Positions 28,213 through 38,352 are shown, numbered from the stretch's first letter. The stretch: 64,000 nucleotides of DNA from an uncultured Candidatus Saccharibacteria bacterium (GCA_964462115.1 CAYWWA010000002.1:6560-70559), one strand, 5' to 3'. The notes: a model not told the origin generated them from the sequence alone. Program-made: numbers and translations.

Positions 28213-30138
28213 ATGGCAACCGCAAATAAAGAATCAAATATTATTTTTGAACAACAATATAAAAAATTAAACAAGAAACAAAAACAAGCGGTAGACACTA
28301 TTGATGGTCCTTTATTAGTAGTGGCTGGTCCAGGCTCTGGCAAAACTGAAATATTATCTTTACGGGTGGGGAAAATTTTACAAAAAAGTCATGGTATATC
28401 ACCAAGCAATATCTTGTGTCTAACTTTTACCGATGCTGCCGCTAGCAACATGCGTCAACGTTTAGCAAAATATATTGGTGAGAGTGCCTATAAGGTTGGT
28501 ATCTATACTTTTCATTCTTTTTGTCAGGATATCATTCAAAAATATCCAGAGTATTTTTTTAATAATGCCACTTTTAATGTACCAAGCGAAGCGGAAAAGT
28601 TTCAAGTAATGACTGAAATTTTTAACCAACTACCCGAAGGGGAAGGGAAGCATCCGCTCAATTCTTTCCACCCAGAGCAAGGTTATGTATTTTTAAATCC
28701 CGCTCTGCAAAATATTTCCAAACTTAAACGCGAAGGTGTTTCTCCAGAAGATTTTGAACAGATTTTAGCGTGCAATATGGCAGATATGGAAAAAATTAAT
28801 AAAATTTTATCGCCTATTTTTAGTGAACGCGTATCTAGCAAAACTATCAATAAACTAGATGAAGTTTTAGAAGAAGTAAAAAAAATTGCAGTTAAAAGCA
28901 AAGAGGCTTTTCCTAATAAACACTCCTATCAAAATTATGCCGAAGTGTTGTGGCAAGATTTAGCTAAGGCAATCAGCGCTCACAATTTATCAGAATTTAA
29001 ATCTGATAATTTCAAAAAAATGGACGAAGTTTCAGTTTTAAAAGACTTCGTTAATTTACCCAAAATTAAAGCGTTTGCGCAGGTTTATAAAAATTATTTG
29101 ACCAAAATGTTTGAAAGGGGATTTTATGATTTTGACGATATGATCATGCATTGTTTAAATATTTTGGAAGGAGAAAGAGATTTGCGAGCAATGTTACAGG
29201 AACAATACCAATATATTTTGGTTGATGAGTTTCAGGATTCCAACGATCCGCAGATGCGTTTAATTAAGTGTTTAACCTCTGATGTAGAACAGCCCAACAT
29301 TATGGTGGTAGGAGACGATGATCAAGCTATCTACAAATTTCAAGGAGCAAACATTGCCAATATTTTAAATTTTAACGAAAATTATGCTGGCAAAACTATA
29401 ACCATGGTGGAGAACTATCGTTCTTCCCAAGATATTTTAGATTTAGCTAGCTTTATGATTAGAAAAGGACAAAACAGGTTAGAAAATATAAATCCCCAAA
29501 TTAGTAAAGAATTAGTGGCGTCTAGGCCTGAGCCGTTGGAGGGTGAAATTGGTTTTTTATCTTTCCCCAGCCAACCTGATGAATTTACCTTTATCGCTTC
29601 TGAGGTAAAAAAAATAATTAACAACGGAACTAAAGCTGAAGAAATTGCCGTGTTATCTCGTGATCACAAAACTCTGCAAAAACTAGTGCCATATTTTCAT
29701 CATCAAAAAATTTCCATTGCCTACGAAAAACAACGCAATGTCTTAAAGGATGCTCGCATAAAACAAATTATTACCATTATTGAATATTTAGATTCATTTG
29801 GACAAGAGAACAAAGAAGAAAGAGATGATTTGCTGCCAGCAATAATGGCTATGCCGTTTTGGGAAATACCCAGAATTGAAATTTGGAAAGTGGCCCAAAA
29901 AACTGGTTGGAAAGAGAGTGGACTTGATCAAAACGGAGATAAAAAATTTATCAACAAAAAATGGTTAGAGGTTATGTTGGAAAGCTCTCATCAAAAAGTT
30001 AGAGGACTAGCCGAGTTTTTATTGGAATTGCAAATAGACGCTAAAAATGTTCCTCTAGAAAAAATATTAGATCGGATTATTGGTTCTAAAATAAATTACA
30101 CCCATACCACAGATGAAGAAGAAAATGAAGAGCTATAG
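28213..30138 (+). CDS. N-terminal half of a UvrD/PcrA-like SF1 helicase (motifs Q, I-IV)
   Basis: VVAGPGSGKTE (Walker A), ILVDEFQDSN (II), VVGDDDQAIYKFQGA (III), ENYRSSQDIL (IV); ends inside the predicted 2B domain; motifs V/VI absent. Confidence 0.75.
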   Translation: MATANKESNIIFEQQYKKLNKKQKQAVDTIDGPLLVVAGPGSGKTEILSLRVGKILQKSHGISPSNILCLTFTDAAASNMRQRLAKYIGESAYKVGIYTFHSFCQDIIQKYPEYFFNNATFNVPSEAEKFQVMTEIFNQLPEGEGKHPLNSFHPEQGYVFLNPALQNISKLKREGVSPEDFEQILACNMADMEKINKILSPIFSERVSSKTINKLDEVLEEVKKIAVKSKEAFPNKHSYQNYAEVLWQDLAKAISAHNLSEFKSDNFKKMDEVSVLKDFVNLPKIKAFAQVYKNYLTKMFERGFYDFDDMIMHCLNILEGERDLRAMLQEQYQYILVDEFQDSNDPQMRLIKCLTSDVEQPNIMVVGDDDQAIYKFQGANIANILNFNENYAGKTITMVENYRSSQDILDLASFMIRKGQNRLENINPQISKELVASRPEPLEGEIGFLSFPSQPDEFTFIASEVKKIINNGTKAEEIAVLSRDHKTLQKLVPYFHHQKISIAYEKQRNVLKDARIKQIITIIEYLDSFGQENKEERDDLLPAIMAMPFWEIPRIEIWKVAQKTGWKESGLDQNGDKKFINKKWLEVMLESSHQKVRGLAEFLLELQIDAKNVPLEKILDRIIGSKINYTHTTDEEENEEL

Positions 30139-30200
30139 AAATCAATTAGAATTGCACAAAAAACTTTATTTATTATACTGGATTAAGATATAATAGGGTA

Positions 30201-31715
30201 ATGATTAAGCATCATGGTTTTATCTACACCCTTAAGGTGTGTATGGGTCTCGGATTATTACTTAACCTACTTGGATTCGGAGCTAGTTTTTCTCTAGCTG
30301 ATGGTCAATGTGGTTTAGCGGATTTTAAAGAACTATCATCTGCGCCCTCTGGATCTATTAATCTTTGTATTACCGGTTCAGCTTCATCTGTGGTTTGGGA
30401 TGATGATATGGAACGGTGGGAATGGTCTTGCGCAGACTCAGAATCAACTGATGACTGTTTGGCTTATAAAACCGATGAGGCGGTGGATGGAAGATGTGGC
30501 GGTTATGATATTTTTAGTTTTGAAGAATCTCCTCTGTTTCACTTTCCTCCTGACAATAATGGTTTTTGTTTTTCTGGCATGCCAGCCAGTGTTTCTAGTT
30601 CTCCTAATCAATTAGGACAATGGAGCTGGGTCTGTCAGGGAGTAAACGGTGGAAGCGCCGTTAGTTGTTTGAGTGATATTTTTGAACCAGAAGATGCTGA
30701 TGATAGTGATGAAGGGAGCGATGATAATCAAACTGATTACTATGATAACAGCAATGATTCAACTGGAGCAGACGGATCTCTTTATGGGGGAGAAGATGGT
30801 CAGCAAGAAATCGGAGACGATGTAGTGATTTCTGATGAAGAATTAGCGGCGATGAGTCAAGGTACTTGTTCCTTAGAAAGTCTTGCTGCTTGTAACACCC
30901 AAGCAGACTGTTTGGATATTCAAAAATATTGGTATGTGGGCTCCGGACAAGACTATGCTAGTTGTCATGCAGAAAATTTATGTATAACTAATAATATTGC
31001 TGGTTGCAATACTGAAGCTAAATGTAATAGTATTAGCAAATATTGGTTTCAAGGAGTAGGTGAAACTGAACCAGCCTGTCATTCAATGCTGGCATGTAAT
31101 TCAAACAATTTGGAACTATGTTATTCTAACTATCTCTGTTCTGCTGTTGGAAAATATTTTTTTAATAATGCTTGCCACGAAGCACCATCCTGTAGCCGCA
31201 CCTACATTGAAGAATGTACCACACAGACACTTTGTGAAAGCAAGGGTCTATACTGGTATGATGAAACCTGTAACCTTGATCCTACTTGTGACCTAAATCA
31301 CATTTATTTATGTAATACTGAAGCCAAATGTGACAGTGTCGGTAAATATTGGTATTATGACACCTGTCATTCCGAAGAAGAGGGAAATAGTATTGATCCT
31401 CCATTTTATAAAAATTCAGATAATAGAACCGGAGTCAAAGTGGTTGATAACAAACTGGGTACCTTAGTGGTTAATTATCTTGATGTTTTAGGAAAATCTA
31501 TTTTAGCAAAAACCTCCTTGTCTAGATTGATTATTGCTGATAGCAGTAGTTATAATCCACCAGAAAATGCTAAAGGTCTAAGTTATGTGCCACTATTACT
31601 GGCGGCTGAAGGCAATGTAGTAGTAAATCAATTGTGTAATAATAATGGTGAGTGTATTTCGGTTGACACCATTGTGGAGCAATATAATAAATTAAAAAAC
31701 TTACAATGTCAATAA
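30201..31715 (+). CDS. Secreted Cys-rich tandem-repeat protein (novel repeat)
   Basis: Signal peptide; about 5 tandem units of 30-39 aa with consensus C-N-T-x-A-x-C-x-S-x-G-K-Y-W-[YF]...C-H...C, also repeated at DNA level; acidic D/E-rich segment. Confidence 0.6.
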   Translation: MIKHHGFIYTLKVCMGLGLLLNLLGFGASFSLADGQCGLADFKELSSAPSGSINLCITGSASSVVWDDDMERWEWSCADSESTDDCLAYKTDEAVDGRCGGYDIFSFEESPLFHFPPDNNGFCFSGMPASVSSSPNQLGQWSWVCQGVNGGSAVSCLSDIFEPEDADDSDEGSDDNQTDYYDNSNDSTGADGSLYGGEDGQQEIGDDVVISDEELAAMSQGTCSLESLAACNTQADCLDIQKYWYVGSGQDYASCHAENLCITNNIAGCNTEAKCNSISKYWFQGVGETEPACHSMLACNSNNLELCYSNYLCSAVGKYFFNNACHEAPSCSRTYIEECTTQTLCESKGLYWYDETCNLDPTCDLNHIYLCNTEAKCDSVGKYWYYDTCHSEEEGNSIDPPFYKNSDNRTGVKVVDNKLGTLVVNYLDVLGKSILAKTSLSRLIIADSSSYNPPENAKGLSYVPLLLAAEGNVVVNQLCNNNGECISVDTIVEQYNKLKNLQCQ

Positions 31716-32125
31716 AAATTAAAAGAACACTCTTATGCCTTGTTATGTTGGTTCCAATCTTAGTATTTGGTAATGAAATTTTAAATCCAGTGATAAAAAC
31801 TAATACAGAAGATAGGCAACAGATTGATAATCCAATATCAGTCGGGGCTTTAATAGTAAACCAAGAAGCAATTTTCAATAAACTTTTCATCACTGAAAAT
31901 AATAAGATTAGAATTGGTGATTTAATAACTGGCGCCTATAGTAATTCTATTCAAGTCCAACTTAAAAAAACTAACTTAAAAACCGCCGCTGGAGCCAGAC
32001 AATATTGTACTACTGGTGGAAGGTGCTTTAATTCTAAACAGCTGTTAGATATGATTAACACCATCAAAAACCAATCCCCAGCCCCCACCTGTTCTAATGC
32101 TTCGATAAAAATTAACCAGCTTTAA
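31706..32125 (+). CDS. Hypothetical secreted protein (139 aa)
   Basis: Signal peptide LLCLVMLVPILVFG; overlaps upstream gene by 10 nt. Confidence 0.5.
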   Translation: MSIKIKRTLLCLVMLVPILVFGNEILNPVIKTNTEDRQQIDNPISVGALIVNQEAIFNKLFITENNKIRIGDLITGAYSNSIQVQLKKTNLKTAAGARQYCTTGGRCFNSKQLLDMINTIKNQSPAPTCSNASIKINQL

Positions 32126-32137
32126 CCCAAAATCACT

Positions 32138-33289
32138 ATGAAAATCATCAAAGTAAAAAAAATAAGCACCATAATGATTTTGTTGACTACGCTGTTTTTA
32201 GCACCATCTTTATCTGCTAATACAGAGAATTTACTGCCACCGCTCAACACCTCTGTTTCGTCTCAAAAAGTAAACTCGCTCAAACTGGGTAGTGATGGAC
32301 TGGTGTCATTTCAATTATATACTCAAGGCGAAACAATAATTTCTGGGACAACTAAAGCTCAAGGAGTTTATGTTGAGGGTAAATCGTTTGCTCAAATCAA
32401 TGATGGTGGATCTGGAATATCAGCTGGCAGTTTAGTCATAAACACTCTGGATAATGATGGTAAAATGTCAGCCGACTATTTTTGCGACGAGAATGGTGAA
32501 AATTGTATTTCTATTGATACCTTGTTGAAATTAGACGATATTGGCAATTGTACTAAAAATTGTCCCACCCCACCTCCTCCAGCTAATACTGATGAAATGT
32601 GGTGGTCTGATACAAGAAAAATCAAAGCTGCTGATATTTTTAATACTTGCAACAATCTAAATGCGGCCGCTACATACAAGGGAGATGGCAAGAGCTATGA
32701 TGATTGGCGGGTGCCAACAGTGGAAGAAGTTATTTCAGCTATGGTAGGACAGATTGGTAGTCGTGGCAGTACCCGTCCAAGATCCGAACTTTTATTTGGT
32801 GTGAACAAAAGCCAAGTTGGTTCTCGGGCAGCTAGGAGAAACAATAAATTGGTTACTATGGAATATAACTGTGCTTTATTAGAGAATGGTGTTAATACCT
32901 ATAGCAGCAACTACACCGCGCTGTGTGTAAGAGGGAGCGTAGAAAAGAAAACTTTTGCTAGCACCAAATTACAAGACTTAATGACTGGCGTAAGTAATTA
33001 TTATTCAACAGATTTGGATCCATTCATCGCATCTAATAGACGGAATTATACTTCCAATAATGGAACCCAGAGATACTATATGAATGATGGCCATACTTGG
33101 ATTGGTACTACTTCCGGATTTTCAGCAGAAAAATCCGGAAGCAGTTGGGGTGTGTCACTGGCTGAAGATATGAAAGGTAACATTAGTAGTCCATCCAATT
33201 ATGTAATCCATGCCTATAGAGCATACTGTAAAAGCTCTAACCCAGTTTGGATCAATGGGGGAAGCTATTTTAGAATATTAACAAGTTAA
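32138..33289 (+). CDS. Secreted protein with a DUF1566-like (Lcl C-terminal) domain
   Basis: Signal peptide; SYDDWRVPTVEEVISAM resembles the WRLPT..EL motif of DUF1566; ALCVRG near the C-terminus. Confidence 0.45.
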   Translation: MKIIKVKKISTIMILLTTLFLAPSLSANTENLLPPLNTSVSSQKVNSLKLGSDGLVSFQLYTQGETIISGTTKAQGVYVEGKSFAQINDGGSGISAGSLVINTLDNDGKMSADYFCDENGENCISIDTLLKLDDIGNCTKNCPTPPPPANTDEMWWSDTRKIKAADIFNTCNNLNAAATYKGDGKSYDDWRVPTVEEVISAMVGQIGSRGSTRPRSELLFGVNKSQVGSRAARRNNKLVTMEYNCALLENGVNTYSSNYTALCVRGSVEKKTFASTKLQDLMTGVSNYYSTDLDPFIASNRRNYTSNNGTQRYYMNDGHTWIGTTSGFSAEKSGSSWGVSLAEDMKGNISSPSNYVIHAYRAYCKSSNPVWINGGSYFRILTS

Positions 33290-33300
33290 TCAAAATTTAA

Positions 33301-33792
33301 ATGAAAAAGATCATCATATTAATTATTCTGATTTTAGTTATTGCTTCTGGATTGTATTTAATTTTTAAACTGAATCAGACTGAAACAAAAAACAAGATAG
33401 AGTTTAATCCCGAAGTTGTTCCGACCAAGGAAGAAATATCATATAATCTGATTGCGCCATCGGCTGAAAATATTGCAGAGAATATGTCAATTAGTGATAA
33501 AGAAGAATATTCTTCTTGGCTACAAGAGCAGAAAGAATCAGACTGTGCTAATGATGGTAGTTGTATGATTTTTCTGTGTAGAAATTACGACAGGATGGTG
33601 GTCCAACTCACTGAAAGCGGTGCTTATGTAACTATCAAGAACGACGTTTATGCTTATACAGCAGACTATAATGAAGAAACTGGGACTACCAATCTTACCC
33701 TTGATAATAAAAAAATTATTTATGATCACGAGACTACCGATTTAACTATTTACGAAAAAGAGGGGGAACAAACCTGCTATTTAGCATATTAA
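33301..33792 (+). CDS. Hypothetical membrane-anchored protein (163 aa)
   Basis: Single N-terminal TM IIILIILILVIASGLYLIF; last gene of a 4-gene operon. Confidence 0.5.
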   Translation: MKKIIILIILILVIASGLYLIFKLNQTETKNKIEFNPEVVPTKEEISYNLIAPSAENIAENMSISDKEEYSSWLQEQKESDCANDGSCMIFLCRNYDRMVVQLTESGAYVTIKNDVYAYTADYNEETGTTNLTLDNKKIIYDHETTDLTIYEKEGEQTCYLAY

Positions 33793-33813
33793 AATATTTA
33801 ACTAAGATAAAAA

Positions 33814-33848
33814 GGGGTCGGATTTTTGTGAAGCAAAAATCCGACCCC
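33814..33848. terminator. 14-bp perfect palindrome (ggggtcggattttt/aaaaatccgacccc); likely operon terminator or protein-binding site
   Basis: Perfect inverted repeat with a 7-nt loop; T-run follows only on the minus strand. Confidence 0.4.
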
Positions 33849-33923
33849 CCATCTTCATATTATACCATATTTTAATAAAAAATGCAAGTTTTAAACAAAA
33901 GTTTTGAAATTTACCTTGTTTTA

Positions 33924-33932
33924 TGGTATATT
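33924..33932 (+). promoter_or_regulatory. Extended -10 TGGTATATT 9 nt upstream of the glyS ATG
   Basis: tatGGTATATTttgaaaattATG. Confidence 0.4.
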
Positions 33933-33941
33933 TTGAAAATT

Positions 33942-35351
33942 ATGGCTGAGACCAAAAAAGATGAAGTTTTAATGGAAAAAATCATTTCGCTTTGTAAAAG
34001 ACGTGGTTTTATTTTTCAAGGCAGCGAAATTTACGGCGGTTTAGCTGGAACTTTTGACTATGGGCCACTGGGTGTAGCTTTAAAAAACAATATTCAAAAT
34101 TTATGGTGGAAAAGATTTGTGGATAATAGGGAAGACATGTTTGGTATGGATGCGGCGATTTTGATGAATCCTCGCGTCTGGGAAGCCACAGGACACACGG
34201 CAACTTTTGCAGATCCGTTAGTGGAGGATCTGAAAACTCATAAACGATATCGGGTGGACCATCTTTTGGAGGATAATGGGATTTCGCCAATTGGAATGAC
34301 TGTTGAGACAATGGATAAAATTTTGAAAGAAAAGAAAATCTTATCACCAGACGGTAATCAGCTAGGTGATGCTCGTCAATTTAATTTAATGCTCCAAACT
34401 AAAATTGGTGCCGAACAGCGAGAAGAAGATATTTCTTATTTACGTCCAGAAACCGCCCAAGGGATATTTGTTAATTTCAAAAATGTGGTAGACAGTTTTC
34501 ATCCTAAGCTGCCGTTTGGGATGGCTCAAATTGGTAAAGCTTTTAGAAACGAAATTGCTCCGCGAGATTTTGTTTTTCGAGTGCGTGAGTTAGAGCAAAT
34601 GGAAATTGAATATTTTTTGAAAGCACCCAAAACTGATGAAGAATGGCAGGAAATTTTTTCTGAATTAAAAAAAGAAACTTGGGCGTTCTTTCAAGACTTG
34701 GGTTTGTCAGATCAAAACGTACATGAACTAGAAGTCTCTGAGGAAGACCGAGCTTTTTATTCCAAACGCACAGTCGATTTTGAGTTTGATTATCCTTTTG
34801 GTCGGAAAGAACTTTCTGGTTTAGCTTATCGCACTGATTACGATCTAAAACGACATCAAGATTTTTCGAAAGTTGCTTTAGAATATTTTGACGAAGAAAC
34901 TAAAGAAAAATTTGTGCCTCACTGTATTGAGCCGTCGTTTGGAGTCGGACGTCTTTTATTGGCGGTTTTGTGTGCCAGCTACACCGAAGATAATTTAGGC
35001 GAAGGACGATCTTATTTAAAATTACCAGCTAAAATTGCTCCCACCTTAGTTGCTGTCTCTCCTTTGTTAAAGAACAAACCGCAACTAGTCGCTAGAGCTC
35101 GTGAGATTTTTACTGATTTAAAACAAGAATTTGGCCGAGTAGTTTTTGACGACAACGGTAACGTTGGTAAACGTTACCGTCGTCAAGATGAAATCGGCAC
35201 TCCATTTTGTGTGGTAGTAGATTTTGATACTATCGGTGATGAGGCTAAACCAGCTGACAATAAAGTTTCGATTCGCTTTCGTGATACCGGAGAACAAGAA
35301 AGGGTAGAGGTTGGTGAATTAAAAAAATGGCTCAAAAATAAACTTAATTAA
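33942..35351 (+). CDS. glyQS: Glycyl-tRNA synthetase (alpha2 dimeric type)
   Basis: CKRRGFIFQGSEIYGGLAGTFDYGPLG N-terminus and class II aaRS motifs. Confidence 0.88.
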   Translation: MAETKKDEVLMEKIISLCKRRGFIFQGSEIYGGLAGTFDYGPLGVALKNNIQNLWWKRFVDNREDMFGMDAAILMNPRVWEATGHTATFADPLVEDLKTHKRYRVDHLLEDNGISPIGMTVETMDKILKEKKILSPDGNQLGDARQFNLMLQTKIGAEQREEDISYLRPETAQGIFVNFKNVVDSFHPKLPFGMAQIGKAFRNEIAPRDFVFRVRELEQMEIEYFLKAPKTDEEWQEIFSELKKETWAFFQDLGLSDQNVHELEVSEEDRAFYSKRTVDFEFDYPFGRKELSGLAYRTDYDLKRHQDFSKVALEYFDEETKEKFVPHCIEPSFGVGRLLLAVLCASYTEDNLGEGRSYLKLPAKIAPTLVAVSPLLKNKPQLVARAREIFTDLKQEFGRVVFDDNGNVGKRYRRQDEIGTPFCVVVDFDTIGDEAKPADNKVSIRFRDTGEQERVEVGELKKWLKNKLN

Positions 35352-35356
35352 AATAT

Positions 35357-36157
35357 ATGGCAGAGAAACGAAAAACGGTAGGCTTAGTTTTAGGTTCTGG
35401 TGGTGGTAGAGGCATGGCCCATTTTGGCGTTATTAAAACCCTCCAAAAGCATAATATTCCGATTGATTATGTTAGTGGTTCAAGTATTGGTGCCCTAATT
35501 GGTGCCTATTTTGCCCTAAATCAAGAGGTAGACTCTTTAATTGAGATCTTTAAGGCAGCAGTCAAAAAACGCTCTTCTTTCTTTGATTTTGCTGGTAGAA
35601 GAGGTTCAGTCTTGGGCGGCACAAAAATCAAAAAAGTTTTAGAGCAAATTTTTCAAGACCAAACATTTGATAATTTGAAATTGCCTTTTTTAGCAGTCTC
35701 GACCGATCTCGGAAGTGGGGAAGCTATCACTTTAAATTCAGGGAAAATTTTGGAGGCAGTTTTACCGTCAATTAGTATTCCTGGAGTTTTACCGATTTAC
35801 GATCAAAAGCCACCTTATCACTTGGTGGATGGTGGGCTATCTTCGGCCTTACCAATTAAACAAATGTTGGAAAATTTTCAGCCTGATGTTTTAATTATCG
35901 TAGACCTCTACACGCCTAAAAGTAAAACCTCAATCGATTATACTGTGAGTTCAGTTTCTAAAAGAGTTTATGAGTTGACGATTGCAAAATTGTCGCAGAT
36001 TAATATGACTGAAATTGATCGCCCTGCTGCAATTCTATTACCTGATACCAACGAAGATTGGCGCAACTTGTTTTTTGCTCATATTGATGATAATGTGGAA
36101 AAGGGTAGTAAAGAATGTGAAGCAAAAATTTTATCAATCAAGCAATTATTAGAATAA
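35357..36157 (+). CDS. Patatin-like phospholipase
   Basis: GLVLGSGGGRGMAHFG oxyanion hole, GSSIG nucleophile elbow, DGG. Confidence 0.8.
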   Translation: MAEKRKTVGLVLGSGGGRGMAHFGVIKTLQKHNIPIDYVSGSSIGALIGAYFALNQEVDSLIEIFKAAVKKRSSFFDFAGRRGSVLGGTKIKKVLEQIFQDQTFDNLKLPFLAVSTDLGSGEAITLNSGKILEAVLPSISIPGVLPIYDQKPPYHLVDGGLSSALPIKQMLENFQPDVLIIVDLYTPKSKTSIDYTVSSVSKRVYELTIAKLSQINMTEIDRPAAILLPDTNEDWRNLFFAHIDDNVEKGSKECEAKILSIKQLLE

Positions 36158-36314
36158 AAAAATAAATTAAAAACACATGAGCGAAATAACCAACATTTTT
36201 ACCGTAGATTATATTAGTTTAGTCAAAGATTTTTTTAGTTTAGTGACCCAACCAGCTGTCGCACTAGGGCTTTTAGTCTGGGCTTGTTTAAGTTAATAAC
36301 CCAATAAAAAATAT

Positions 36315-36923
36315 ATGAAAAGAAAAGTTATCTTGGCGTCTGGTTCTCCAAGACGTGTTCAAATAATGCAAGAACTGGCCAAGGAGTTACTGTTTGACTT
36401 AGATATCTTGCCTAATGATTATGATGAAGAGATTTTAAAGCAAACAATTTTTGATCCTCAAGAGTTAGTTAAACAACTCTCTTATCAGAAAGCGTTGGCT
36501 ACTTACGATCAAATCAAAAACGTGGCCGATGAAATTATAGTTATTGGTGGTGATACTATTGTGGCTTTCGAAAATGAATTATTGGGCAAGCCTCATACGG
36601 CAGAAAATGCCAAGAAAATGTTAGCGAAACTTTCAGATAAAACTAATCAAATTATTACTGGTTTAAGTATAATTGTCAAAGACCAGCAACAAGAATATTT
36701 AATTCAAGAAATAGGCATCACGGACGTAAAAATGAAAAAAATGACAGCCCTAGAAATAGACGAATACGTATTGACAGGGGAGCCGTTGGATAAAGCTGGA
36801 GCTTTTGCTATTCAAGAACAAGGTTTTAAATTTATTGATAATATATCTGGCAACATAGAATCTTATTATGGAATAGATAAGACAGCAGTAAAGAATCATT
36901 TAAGCAAAATACTAAACAGTTAG
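36315..36923 (+). CDS. maf: Maf-like nucleoside triphosphate pyrophosphatase
   Basis: VILASGSPRR N-terminus. Confidence 0.75.
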   Translation: MKRKVILASGSPRRVQIMQELAKELLFDLDILPNDYDEEILKQTIFDPQELVKQLSYQKALATYDQIKNVADEIIVIGGDTIVAFENELLGKPHTAENAKKMLAKLSDKTNQIITGLSIIVKDQQQEYLIQEIGITDVKMKKMTALEIDEYVLTGEPLDKAGAFAIQEQGFKFIDNISGNIESYYGIDKTAVKNHLSKILNS

Positions 36924-37266
36924 TTTATTTGGGTTTAAAAGGATGGTGGGGCAAGAGCTGGTTGAACCGGTCCTATTTTTATCTAACACTATTTTGTTTA
37001 TTGTTTTAATTTAGTATGTATAAATACTGGGGTAGTTAAATAGATACCATGTTGCACAATATACCTTTTGCAACATCATATCTAAAAAACTATTCATTAA
37101 CCATATAATAATAAATACATATAAGCCAACACCACTAAGTTATTGCTTTAGCTATTCTCGCCATGATTGCGTTTATAGCTTTTTTGGGTGCTGCTATCAA
37201 GTTGATGTTAGGCTATCGCATGGATCTAAAGAATAATAAATGGATCGAGCCTAAGGACTAAACTGC

Positions 37267-38352
37267 TTATGACTTCTTGTGCTTAGAAACACTCATGATA
37301 ATTCCCGCCGCAGTTAACTCAAAGAACAAGGCGGTGCCACCCTGTGAAATAAACGGTAGGTGTTCCCCCAAAATCGGAATAATTCCAGTCATGGAAAAAA
37401 TATTAATTAGTGCTTGGCCAATAAATAACAAAATTATTCCTAAAACAATTAACGAACCAAAAATTTCTGCCTGTAAGGCAATTCTTAAAGCTGAAAATGA
37501 TAGGGAAAGAAAAAGTAGAATTACAACAACACAACCCACAAACCCTAACTCCTCCCCTACTACTGAAAAAATTGAATCGGACTGACTTTCTGGCAAGTTG
37601 CCATATTTTTGGATACTCTGATTATAACCCCGGCCCCAAACACCTCCTGAGCCAAGAGCAATCTTTGACTGATTGGTGTGCCAACAACTTCCTTGAAAAT
37701 TACTATCACAGTTAACAAAACCATCGATTCGGTTGAGTGCATAAGGTGTTTGCCAGATCATCAAGATACCCATCACCACCAGTAGAACTACTGACGGCAC
37801 CCAGATATACCAACGACTCCCAGCTGCCACATACATCACAAACAAAACCACCGCTAAGATAATTACAGTCATTCGGTCGGGTTGTAAAATTAATAAAGTG
37901 CCACCCAGCAGTAACGGCACCAGCCACAACAAAATACCAGAAAGATGTTTAAGTTTGGAATTAAATTCCACCAACAAAAAAGCCACAAAAATAATAGTGG
38001 TAATTTTTAATATCTCGACTGGTTGAAAGGTAAAAAAATAGAGATCCAACCATCTGGTGGAATTATTGAAGGTTGCCCCCAAAGGAGTAAAGACCAAAGC
38101 AGTAATAACTAAAGCCAAGAGATAAGCAATGGTGGCTGTTTTCTTAAATACCAAATAATTTATTTTAGAAAATAGCCAGCATGAAATCAAACCCCCGACA
38201 CAACCTATCACCAAGTGATTAAATAACAAAGCAGGATAGTTACTAGTCTTCAAAAAAAGAGCAGCTGAAGCGGAGTAAAAAAACACTATCCCAACCATCA
38301 ATAGCGCCAGCACCGACCATAAAAACCAAGAATCTATTTTTCCGACTCGCAT
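37267..38352 (-). CDS. ftsW: SEDS-family peptidoglycan polymerase (FtsW/RodA)
   Basis: LPESQSDSIFSVVGEELGFVGCVVVILLF matches the SEDS LPE..TDFIF..GEE.G motif; 10 TM helices. Confidence 0.8.
   Translation of the reverse strand: MRVGKIDSWFLWSVLALLMVGIVFFYSASAALFLKTSNYPALLFNHLVIGCVGGLISCWLFSKINYLVFKKTATIAYLLALVITALVFTPLGATFNNSTRWLDLYFFTFQPVEILKITTIIFVAFLLVEFNSKLKHLSGILLWLVPLLLGGTLLILQPDRMTVIILAVVLFVMYVAAGSRWYIWVPSVVLLVVMGILMIWQTPYALNRIDGFVNCDSNFQGSCWHTNQSKIALGSGGVWGRGYNQSIQKYGNLPESQSDSIFSVVGEELGFVGCVVVILLFLSLSFSALRIALQAEIFGSLIVLGIILLFIGQALINIFSMTGIIPILGEHLPFISQGGTALFFELTAAGIIMSVSKHKKS

Noticed and set aside
33882-33941. Extended N-terminus of GlyRS from ORF-track start 33882
   Set aside because: The extended -10 TGGTATATT lies inside this extension at 33924-33932. 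Start 33942 fits the leaderless pattern, and the extension is hydrophobic and un-GlyRS-like.
33814-33941. T-box or other riboswitch leader upstream of glyS
   Set aside because: glyS starts 9 nt after its -10, which is leaderless. The only structure upstream is the perfect palindrome, best explained as the terminator of the preceding operon.
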